In this document: piece by piece, positions 32,081 to 39,428 of the stretch
How the letters are laid out: each line of letters opens with the position of its first letter
Numbering within the stretch: the stretch's first letter is position 1
DNA from: a virus
Virus record (IMG/VR): IMGVR_UViG_3300027852_000024
Length of the DNA: 40,168 nucleotides
Strand: one strand, 5' to 3'
Made by a program: the position numbers and the translations under genes
The notes under the pieces: generated by a model
What the model saw: the letters and a program-made list of their open reading frames with translations, nothing else
The model's database searches: none
What the model was told of the DNA's origin: nothing

Positions 32081-34042
32081 TTAATCTTTTCTGTATCTGT
32101 CAGCTATATAACCATCAGCCCTTAGTGGTATTGATTCAGCCCATGGTTGCCTTAAACATAGTAGTTCGCAAAACTCATTCGGGTCTTCACACGCACTCTC
32201 TGCTATAGCTTCATCATGCACAGACGCAACTATTTTGTACCCTGAATGTTCAGCACACATCATGCCATAGGTGAGTAAGTCTCTCGCTAACGCTTGTATA
32301 ATATTCTCGACCATCATTCCTGGGTGTGTACCTATTCTAAGCCACGCTCCATTTCTTACCCCCATGTAGCTTATTTCAGAATCCATCTTAACAGGCTTCC
32401 CCTTGACTTTAATCCACCACACAGCATTTAGTTTTACTTGTGGGTACGACAACCGTCTGCCGGATGGAAGTAGTATAAACAGGTACCCACCGGCGCATCT
32501 AAATTCTAACCGCGTTGTTGGTGTCGACAGTACTTGTGGGCTTTTTGTGGCTATTGCAGTTTTGGCGCAGTTGAAAACATTACGCCATAACTTGGGTATC
32601 AAATGATACTTTCTTCTATAAAATTGTACCCTACTCTGTGCTTCGCCTTTTGGCAACACCTGACCGTACCCCGCCGCAACACTTATCAACGCTCTCCATC
32701 CACCACCATACCCAAGCCCCAATACATCGGGCTTTGATTGTGCGCGTTGTTCTTTTGTTACTTTATCGTACGGAATCCCTAATCTTGACGCTGAGTAAGT
32801 TTTATATTGGTCAACTCCGTTTCTAAAATCCATCGTGGTTTCAGCGTCACCTGCGGCCCAATGAAGCACAACATTTTCCACACTCGTGTAATCAGCAACT
32901 ACCAAACGCCGGCCAATCGAAGCAGTTATCATTGGCCTAACTAACGCAGAGGCAGTCTCATTCAAGTTCGGATAAATCTCTATTAGGTCGGCGTATGGTA
33001 ACTTATTGAAGTCATCTATAACAGCTTGCGGATCAGCAACACTTGCTCTTGGTAGATTATGAACTTGTATACCACGCCCAGCAAATCTCCCAGTATGACT
33101 CCCGTAGTATACTAAGTTCCCTCTTATCCTACCGTCATACTCACACATCTGATCCATTTTTCTAAACTTTGCTACGCTACTGTGAGCTAATTGTTTACGT
33201 AGCTCTAAAACTTCTCGGCACACTGCCGGTATCGGCGTATCCAAATACTTATCAACTGTTTCTTTTCTGAGATTTGGTATATCCAGACCCATTTTATACA
33301 GAAAATTTTTTAAGTTTTCTATTTGTCTCGGAGTTTCCACACTACCACAAGTGGCTTCCGAAAATTCCCACTCTTTACGTTCTTTGAAAGTAATTAACTT
33401 GTTGCGTATGTTACGAACACTCGCTATATCTATCTTAATACCTCTTTTGTTCTGTATAGCAGTATGCCCCCATACATACTGCTCAAGTTTAGATAGCTCG
33501 TCTATTGGTAGTCTTTTAACGGCGTCTCGCATGACAACTACATCCTGCACACAGTACTTATATAAAGCATCAAAATATTCTGGTGCTGTATTTGGGAACC
33601 ACCTACCAGAAACATTTTTTATAGTTTTCTTTTGTGGTTTACATAATTTGTTTATCAACTTTTTACCATTCACGTCTTTAGATACGGGCATGCCCATAGC
33701 TTTACAGAATGCATCCAACCCACGTGGGTACCCAAAAGTTGCGGCTAAAGACGCAGTATCAACAAACCTTTTATAAGGTATATCATGCCCAAGCCTACCA
33801 AGAACACAACGCTCAAACTCTGCCCCGTGTGCGTATATTTTTGTGCCGCTGTCGCACAGTGATGCTAACAGTTTATCAGGGAATTGGTCTGGATGCACCC
33901 ATAACGATACTTCATCGTCGTTCACCGCGTATGCTGAACACCATGCTAAAAATGACGGATGCGCCACGTATTTGTGCATACCAACTTTTTGTATATCCAA
34001 GTCACTATAAGTCTCGAAGTCCATCCAAAGTTTAGCAGTCAT
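32081..34042 (-). CDS. Family A DNA polymerase with 3'-5' exonuclease domain
   Basis: Exo I MDFETYS; motif B-like SKPDVLGLGYGGG; motif C SVHDEA; 653 aa. Confidence 0.85.
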   Translation of the reverse strand: MTAKLWMDFETYSDLDIQKVGMHKYVAHPSFLAWCSAYAVNDDEVSLWVHPDQFPDKLLASLCDSGTKIYAHGAEFERCVLGRLGHDIPYKRFVDTASLAATFGYPRGLDAFCKAMGMPVSKDVNGKKLINKLCKPQKKTIKNVSGRWFPNTAPEYFDALYKYCVQDVVVMRDAVKRLPIDELSKLEQYVWGHTAIQNKRGIKIDIASVRNIRNKLITFKERKEWEFSEATCGSVETPRQIENLKNFLYKMGLDIPNLRKETVDKYLDTPIPAVCREVLELRKQLAHSSVAKFRKMDQMCEYDGRIRGNLVYYGSHTGRFAGRGIQVHNLPRASVADPQAVIDDFNKLPYADLIEIYPNLNETASALVRPMITASIGRRLVVADYTSVENVVLHWAAGDAETTMDFRNGVDQYKTYSASRLGIPYDKVTKEQRAQSKPDVLGLGYGGGWRALISVAAGYGQVLPKGEAQSRVQFYRRKYHLIPKLWRNVFNCAKTAIATKSPQVLSTPTTRLEFRCAGGYLFILLPSGRRLSYPQVKLNAVWWIKVKGKPVKMDSEISYMGVRNGAWLRIGTHPGMMVENIIQALARDLLTYGMMCAEHSGYKIVASVHDEAIAESACEDPNEFCELLCLRQPWAESIPLRADGYIADRYRKD

Positions 34043-34602
34043 TACAGTCTCCTTCTAAACACTCCTTCAAGCAAAATTAAATAATTTATACTATCACCAA
34101 TCTTTTCGTCAATCATTTCGTCAGTTATCTTGACATTACCCTCAATCATGTCCATAACACATACCTCATGCTTGACCATCATACCTTTAAGCGCGGCTTC
34201 TGGTGAGCAATTAATCATCCTTCCAGCAACATCAAAGTTATGAAAACGATTATCACCATGTGCGTATTCACACTCTTTCTCCGCTAATACCTTTTGTATT
34301 TTAGCTATGCGATTTTCAAGTACAGTGCCAAAAGCTGTCTTTGGTTTTGTCACTGTAGCTTTATTTGGCGCCTTCGCTCTTGCGCTAACGTGTTGGCTTA
34401 GTTCTCCAGAATTTATACCGCAGTATTTATGCCGTGCTTGGGTGTTCTTCGGAGCCTCGACACCACATTTATGCTCCCTTAAACACTTTTCTACTACGCT
34501 AATCGCCTCGCCCCATACTACATAGCGCGCGCCATTAGTTGTTTCATTACGTTTTTTACGCAACACCTGTATAATATCTACCAATACTTTTTTTGTCTCC
34601 AT
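34042..34602 (-). CDS. Hypothetical protein (186 aa)
   Basis: AAAGGAG RBS; stop overlaps the polymerase start (TAATG). The C-terminal half faintly recalls MazG/DUF1599-like helical domains, which I cannot verify. Confidence 0.5.
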   Translation of the reverse strand: METKKVLVDIIQVLRKKRNETTNGARYVVWGEAISVVEKCLREHKCGVEAPKNTQARHKYCGINSGELSQHVSARAKAPNKATVTKPKTAFGTVLENRIAKIQKVLAEKECEYAHGDNRFHNFDVAGRMINCSPEAALKGMMVKHEVCVMDMIEGNVKITDEMIDEKIGDSINYLILLEGVFRRRL

Positions 34603-34623
34603 TTTTCACTCCTTTAATATAAG

Positions 34624-34655
34624 AGCAGACTGCCACCAGTGGCAGTCTGCTTTTT
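34624..34655. terminator. Extended PAL-A hairpin identical to the one at 25761-25788; its T5 tract lies on the plus (antisense) side only
   Basis: AGCAGACTGCCACCAGTGGCAGTCTGCT followed by TTTTT. In the sense (minus) direction it is followed by CTTATATT and then the RBS of the next gene. Confidence 0.6.
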
Positions 34656-34715
34656 AAGTTTGTCCTACATAAAGTTGAAGTCTGCTTTTTAAGTTTGTCC
34701 TACATAAAGTTGAAG
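34646..34715. repeat. Perfect 35-bp tandem duplication (TCTGCTTTTTAAGTTTGTCCTACATAAAGTTGAAG x2)
   Basis: 34646-34680 equals 34681-34715; copy 2 holds the SSB stop and its last codons. Confidence 0.95.
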
Positions 34716-35425
34716 TCTTCCATCGGTTCTTTTTTACCCACGCCCTCGCTAACGGCTCCGTTACCTGATTGGTCATCCACAGAATCCTCTGTATTATTTT
34801 CAGAGAACATCCCGGAGGCCTCGTCAGCGAAGTCAGAAAAAGCGGCGGACGCTTCTGATGTAGAAGTACCAGCCCCAAGGTTTTCGCCGTCTCTTGTCTT
34901 CATAATCGCCTCAAGAGAAGTGCTTATACCTTTGTTGCCAGCAGTGTCGTAGTACCAAAACTCAAGCATCACTCTGTAGTACGCACCCGAGTACACATCA
35001 TCGAGGGTCAAAATTGATGGGGGTACGGGTTTACCCATCGCGCCTATAACATGTGGCTGTCTGAAACGGTTGTTTGTGTTGATAAAATAGCAACCTTTCA
35101 ATTGTTCCGAGTTTGATAAAGCCGCTGAGTCTTCGGGCTTATCCCCATCACGAACAGGAAAAGAATTTTTGTTGAGTATAGCTTGCGCCACGTCTTTTGC
35201 CTTCTCTTTACCAAATTTGTCCATCAGAACTTTTGCGTACACCTGTTTCAGGTCATCCACCCACTGCTCGACTACAGGAGATTTTTTAAAAACACACTGC
35301 ATCCCCCAGGCCAGTACGTCACTCTGTGGTAGAGGACGCGCCTCAAGTATATTTACATAACTCCCACGACACTCTGGTGTCACACATCCTTTACCAGCCA
35401 CATTGATGTTGTATCCTTTTGACAT
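34700..35425 (-). CDS. DUF2815-type phage ssDNA-binding protein
   Basis: Pattern ...PVRDGDKPE...GCYFINTNN...PHVIG...VYSGAYYRVMLEFWYYDTAGNKGISTSLEAIM..RDGE.LG and acidic C-terminal tip EDFNFM. Confidence 0.7.
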   Translation of the reverse strand: MSKGYNINVAGKGCVTPECRGSYVNILEARPLPQSDVLAWGMQCVFKKSPVVEQWVDDLKQVYAKVLMDKFGKEKAKDVAQAILNKNSFPVRDGDKPEDSAALSNSEQLKGCYFINTNNRFRQPHVIGAMGKPVPPSILTLDDVYSGAYYRVMLEFWYYDTAGNKGISTSLEAIMKTRDGENLGAGTSTSEASAAFSDFADEASGMFSENNTEDSVDDQSGNGAVSEGVGKKEPMEDFNFM

Positions 35426-35464
35426 GTTATAACTCCCTTATACTACTGTTTGATTATATCTGTT

Positions 35465-37171
35465 TTATTTTATTGTAATAGTCCCATCAGAATAAACCTC
35501 GTACCCATACCCATCACGCTCATTAAGATACCTAAGATGCATCTTTACCATGTTTACGGTGCAATCAAGTTGCAAGGATATGTCTCTTAAATTCAAGCCA
35601 TTCTGTGCCATTTCCAAAACTTTGCGTCTTTTTGTGCCTTTCTTTGGTAATTTTGGTGAGTCCTCCCTTTTCTCACCGCTTGATACCAAAGTTACTTTTT
35701 CGTTGTGTACTTCTTCCCCAATTCTACCCACAAGTCTCCCCATTTGTCCGCCGCCATCATCACCACCATCATCGCCGCCGTCATCATCATCGCCGCCATC
35801 ATCATCGCCGCCATCATCATCCCACATACTCATACGCTCAAGAACACTGAGCTTCTTCTTCTCCCCAACTGACTCCGACCCGTCCTGCTCATGCCCTTCT
35901 ACCATAATAGGCACTCCCTTAGCTTCAAATACACTGGACTTGCTGTCGTCATTGTCGTCATTGTCGTCATTGCTGTCTGCAAACTCTTTAAATGCTTTTT
36001 CTTTCTCCTTTTCCTCATTAATATTTATTTCGTTGCGTTTGTCGGACTCAACGACAAGAGTCGGAGAGCCTTTTGGTTTGGTTATGTAGTCCGCCAAGTT
36101 GATTTCTTTTGCGGCTTTTTTACCAATACTTTTCTCTGCTTTTGATGGCGATATGAGCTTTTTCTCAAAAGGTTCGGTGTCGTTAGCCAAAAGAAAATTA
36201 GCGATCTGCTTGTCCTCAACTTTCCATTTTCTGTTTGACCTACCTTCAACCAATTTATACCCTGGCACTCTTTCACCAGATAGTGCTTCTTTCAAAATGT
36301 GTTCATTAATACCATCCATCCAGCTTCGTATGAACCCAAACTTTGATTTAAGTTTGGCCATATCAGCAAGACTCAATACTTTTTTATCCTCCGTATCTAC
36401 TTCACCCGGTGGGTCTTCTCCTGTAAAAGGCGCAAAAGCCCTTGCGGAATCGGCCATAGCTTTATTGGCCCTCGCAACACATCCGTCTACCCTGCACCAT
36501 TTGCATTGTTTGACCCCAGGGTTGCATGGTAGCTTTGACGGTTCACCTCTTTTATGCGCCTTAAGCACTGGTGCTAAAATATTTTTTGCAAAATCATTCA
36601 GCTCCGCCCTTGTGTATTCGTGTTTACGTATAGGGTTTGGAGTTCTTGGTTGTATTATATAAGTAACTATATGGTTCGGTTTCAACGAATATTTTTGCAT
36701 CAGCCATATAAGACAACCTATAGCGTATATTTTTAATTGGGTATTTTCCTCTGCGCTAACGACCACACCCGCCCCCATCTTTAAATCAATAGGGATCAAC
36801 GTGTCCTTGTTCCATAGCATCGCATCAACTGTCCCCCAACATTGGTCTGTTATAACTACTTTGTTCTCGATGCGTCCTCCGATCGCACCATATTCTTTTG
36901 ATATCCCCTTTACTTCATCGATATACATTTGTATGCCATCAGTTAGCTCTTGCGTAATAGCCACGCCATCAATAAGCTTACCTGTAAATTGCGACGCTTG
37001 CGCTATGTTCTTAGTCAAGCACTTTTCAGCTAAACTGTGGCACACTGTACCTTCCTTGGCAAACGATGATGTTGTGTTTTTACATTTTTCAGATAAGTAT
37101 AAACTTGCGGGGCATTCCAACCATCTGCTTGACGACGAGGGTGAAAAGTACGCATGTTGTTCGTCTCCCAT
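35465..37171 (-). CDS. DUF2800/Cas4-like PD-(D/E)XK nuclease with Cys cluster and a long acidic C-terminal extension ending in an HTH-like segment
   Basis: N-terminal FSPSSSSRWLECPAS; CNPGVKQCKWCRVDGC; D/G and D/N runs; AGGAGG RBS. Confidence 0.7.
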   Translation of the reverse strand: MGDEQHAYFSPSSSSRWLECPASLYLSEKCKNTTSSFAKEGTVCHSLAEKCLTKNIAQASQFTGKLIDGVAITQELTDGIQMYIDEVKGISKEYGAIGGRIENKVVITDQCWGTVDAMLWNKDTLIPIDLKMGAGVVVSAEENTQLKIYAIGCLIWLMQKYSLKPNHIVTYIIQPRTPNPIRKHEYTRAELNDFAKNILAPVLKAHKRGEPSKLPCNPGVKQCKWCRVDGCVARANKAMADSARAFAPFTGEDPPGEVDTEDKKVLSLADMAKLKSKFGFIRSWMDGINEHILKEALSGERVPGYKLVEGRSNRKWKVEDKQIANFLLANDTEPFEKKLISPSKAEKSIGKKAAKEINLADYITKPKGSPTLVVESDKRNEININEEKEKEKAFKEFADSNDDNDDNDDSKSSVFEAKGVPIMVEGHEQDGSESVGEKKKLSVLERMSMWDDDGGDDDGGDDDDGGDDGGDDGGGQMGRLVGRIGEEVHNEKVTLVSSGEKREDSPKLPKKGTKRRKVLEMAQNGLNLRDISLQLDCTVNMVKMHLRYLNERDGYGYEVYSDGTITIK

Positions 37172-37204
37172 AATTCTTAAATCCTCCTAACAGTTATTGT
37201 TATA

Positions 37205-37230
37205 CCGGATTGCCACTTATAGCAATCCGG
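37205..37230. repeat. PAL-A dyad variant (CCGGATTGC-CACTTATA-GCAATCCGG)
   Basis: 9-bp outer arms kept, centre replaced; between the ParB-like stop (37249) and the RBS/ATG 37171. Confidence 0.7.
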
Positions 37231-37248
37231 TCGTTGTTAAAAACTACA

Positions 37249-38352
37249 CTATATACCTAAACTGTCGATACCTTCTGATTCTGGTTCCAGTTCCGGTTCC
37301 GGTTCTGGTTCGTCAAGGGTCTCAACGACAAGGGTAATTCCTTCCTTTATCCGGTCGATGTCCTCAACACTCAGGTTTGATCTCTCCCTGGTAATCACAT
37401 CCAGCACCTTTTCAAGCGCAATCTGTACTTTTTCAACTGCCTCTTTTGGCGCTGGTTTATTAGCAGTGGAATCCTCTCTGGCTTTCTGCATTGCTTTCTG
37501 CATTGCTTCCTTTTTGCCAGCGACTACCTCAGCAATTGCCGCAAGTGGGTCAGGGCCGTTTTCATTATCCTTACTGATTTTTACAGCTTCTTCAACTTCG
37601 GAGCGTGTAAGATTTTCTTTCACTATCTTATCCGCCACCTTCTGCTGAGTAACTTCATCGAACATTTCGACAACTTTACTCTTGCCTTTGCCATCTACAC
37701 TCTTGGTCACAAGCTTTTGAAACCTGTTAGCAAGGGTCACAGAAGGTAACTTTTGGGCCAATTTAAAAGTTGCTTCGTCGTTTTCCAAGACCTGCAGAGC
37801 GTCCTGAATAGTCTGCCTACTCCATGTGTCCCCGAGGAACTGAGCTATAATTGAGGCTCCTACCCCGTTGTTACGCATACGTGTGAAAGACCGGGAGTCA
37901 ACTTTCAATGCTCCTGAATCACCAACTTTTTTCAAGAACTGATCCTTGTCTTTGCTTGCTCTCACAAGCCCTTCAAGATGCGCCTGTAACTGTAGAACTG
38001 TCATGCACAAGTTCTGTGGGTTTTCTCCCCAGTCGTCTTTGTTCTCCTGGGCAAATATCTTAAGCATCCTCTCATTTGTCAACTGATGTTCTGGCCGTAC
38101 ATTGATTTTTATCTCTTTGTAGTCCTCATTTCCATTGGCTACAATGCGTTTTAGAGCCTGTAATCTGTGGTGGCCGTAAGCAAGCTGTATTTTACCGTCT
38201 TTGGTTTGTCTGGCGAGCAGATTTTCCCAAAAAGAAGTGTCCCTGATTGACTCAGCAAGTGCCGCAATTTTGTCGTCGTCATAAACATAAGATTCATTGT
38301 TACGGTACGGATTGTCTTCTATTCTGTCAAGTTCAATTCTATTGAAACCCAT
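37249..38352 (-). CDS. ParB N-terminal-domain (ParB/Srx-fold) protein with a central HTH-like segment
   Basis: KIQLAYGHHRLQALKR fits the ParB box; VGASIIAQFLGDTWSRQTIQDAL looks like an HTH; AAGGA before ATG 38352 (the track start 38409 is TTG). Confidence 0.7.
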   Translation of the reverse strand: MGFNRIELDRIEDNPYRNNESYVYDDDKIAALAESIRDTSFWENLLARQTKDGKIQLAYGHHRLQALKRIVANGNEDYKEIKINVRPEHQLTNERMLKIFAQENKDDWGENPQNLCMTVLQLQAHLEGLVRASKDKDQFLKKVGDSGALKVDSRSFTRMRNNGVGASIIAQFLGDTWSRQTIQDALQVLENDEATFKLAQKLPSVTLANRFQKLVTKSVDGKGKSKVVEMFDEVTQQKVADKIVKENLTRSEVEEAVKISKDNENGPDPLAAIAEVVAGKKEAMQKAMQKAREDSTANKPAPKEAVEKVQIALEKVLDVITRERSNLSVEDIDRIKEGITLVVETLDEPEPEPELEPESEGIDSLGI

Positions 38353-38407
38353 GATATTATTTCCTTTTTTGTGTTTAAGAATTTTTTTTAAAAAAATTAA
38401 GTCGGTC

Positions 38408-38440
38408 AAAGTTTAAAGTCTAAAGTTTAAAAGTCTAAAG
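38408..38440. repeat. 14-15-bp direct repeat AAAGTTTAAA(A)GTCT x2 plus a partial third, upstream of the ParB-like gene
   Basis: Read directly. Confidence 0.75.
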
Positions 38441-38484
38441 TACGCACAATTATCATCGACCACCTCCCCTCTATAATGTTCTAT

Positions 38485-38506
38485 AATGTTCTATAAATAG
38501 AACATT
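38485..38506. promoter_or_regulatory. PAL-B palindrome AATGTTCTATAAATAGAACATT, preceded by direct half-site repeats CTATAATGTT x2 (38471-38490)
   Basis: Perfect 10-bp arms; lies in the 150-nt gap upstream of the ParB-like gene. Confidence 0.8.
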
Positions 38507-38634
38507 CAATTCTTTATAATATAGATCGCACCAGCGACTATTATTATAAGCACTATGTTGGATATTACTATCTGTAATGCTATCGCACACAAAACTACGA
38601 GTGCATCTCTGGCTGTTTCAAATACGTTTTTCAT
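38506..38634 (-). CDS. Tiny membrane protein (42 aa; alternative start 38694 gives 62 aa)
   Basis: GGGGAG before ATG 38634; hydrophobic LVVLCAIALQIVISNIVLIIIVAGAIYII. Confidence 0.45.
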   Translation of the reverse strand: MKNVFETARDALVVLCAIALQIVISNIVLIIIVAGAIYIIKN

Positions 38635-38644
38635 TGTCTCCCCT

Positions 38645-38666
38645 AATGTTCTATTTACAGAACATT
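38645..38666. promoter_or_regulatory. PAL-B palindrome variant AATGTTCTATTTACAGAACATT
   Basis: One arm mismatch; immediately upstream of GGGGAG/ATG 38634. Confidence 0.7.
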
Positions 38667-38671
38667 GCAGT

Positions 38672-38797
38672 CTAATAAATTGATCTGTCGTCATTCAACA
38701 ATGTGAAAAGTCCGGCCAAACAAGCAATTAAATATATCGGCCAATAAAATGCTACGGACACGGTGACCAAAAGAATTGTTTTAAATATATCTTTCAT
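38672..38797 (-). CDS. Tiny membrane protein (41 aa, MKDIFKTILLVTVSVAFYWPIYLIACLAGLFTLL...)
   Basis: AGGAG RBS before ATG 38797; translated by hand; below the ORF-track cut-off. Confidence 0.45.
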   Translation of the reverse strand: MKDIFKTILLVTVSVAFYWPIYLIACLAGLFTLLNDDRSIY

Positions 38798-38819
38798 TGT
38801 TTGCTCTCCTACATGCTGA

Positions 38820-39095
38820 TTAGTAGTTATCAATCACGACCCACTCGCCAGTTCCCTTGTTTTTGTATCTCACAAAGCAATGACCCTCAATTTTACCGTT
38901 GTCTCTTTTCAGCGTACCAAGTATAAGTTCTGCCTCGTAACCTTCTTTTTTCAGGTCTTGCCTGATTACGACCGCCCTGTCGACACAATCACCTTTCAAA
39001 AATGGGTTTATACGTGGTTCTCCGCTTCCACCTCCCTTGGCCCCTGCACATCCAAGAAAAAAGATGAACAGTGAAACAAGAAGTAATTTTTTCAT
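38820..39095 (-). CDS. Small lipoprotein with a transglutaminase-like (BTLCP/papain-fold) Cys-His-Asp pattern
   Basis: Lipobox FFLGC; GDCVDRA ... GHCFV ... VIDN in the order and spacing of BTLCP cores; start overlaps the upstream stop (TAATG). Confidence 0.6.
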   Translation of the reverse strand: MKKLLLVSLFIFFLGCAGAKGGGSGEPRINPFLKGDCVDRAVVIRQDLKKEGYEAELILGTLKRDNGKIEGHCFVRYKNKGTGEWVVIDNY

Positions 39096-39364
39096 TATCT
39101 TTTTCCCCCTCTGTATGGTAGCCTGGCATCTTTTTTGGTCATTATCCCCAATACTTTATGTATTGACTTCTGAACTTTTCTCCCTCCCACATCAACTCCC
39201 TCTGTGAATATCTCGAAAGGTATATTACTTATAGATGTGTTCGCAAAGTCAAAGTTTCTGTTAAGTGTAGCGTGGTGAAACAACTCAGTACCATTAATCC
39301 TTTTAAAACCAAGTGGTTCGAGAGCTTTATCTTTTGCGCTCTCATTTTTATCTCCTTGTGTCAT
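39095..39364 (-). CDS. Hypothetical protein (89 aa)
   Basis: GGAGA RBS before ATG 39364; the longer track ORF starts at the TTG of the predicted -35 box. Confidence 0.5.
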   Translation of the reverse strand: MTQGDKNESAKDKALEPLGFKRINGTELFHHATLNRNFDFANTSISNIPFEIFTEGVDVGGRKVQKSIHKVLGIMTKKDARLPYRGGKR

Positions 39365-39377
39365 TTTGTTGTCTCCA

Positions 39378-39406
39378 ATCATATCATGATGTTTAAAGTG
39401 AGTCAA
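39378..39406 (-). promoter_or_regulatory. Sigma70-type promoter TTGACT-17 bp-TATGAT reading leftward
   Basis: -35 at 39401-39406 and -10 at 39378-39383 on the minus strand. Confidence 0.55.
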
Positions 39407-39428
39407 GCGTTTTGTTTTTTATTTGTTT

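Noticed and set aside
35453-35458. A perfect TATAAT (minus strand) just upstream of the SSB gene as an internal promoter
   Set aside because: No acceptable -35 box or TG extension lies at the right spacing. A lone hexamer in AT-rich DNA is not enough.
35550-36662. Plus-strand ORFs 35550..36089, 35605..35850 and 36099..36662
   Set aside because: They are antisense to the nuclease gene. The poly-Ser, poly-Pro and poly-His runs mirror the acidic D/G repeats of the real frame.
2345-37230. The possibility that the recurring 20-28-bp palindromes form a CRISPR array
   Set aside because: Copies are 1-3 kb apart, mostly separated by complete genes, occur in both orientations and have no uniform short spacers. 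This is not CRISPR architecture.
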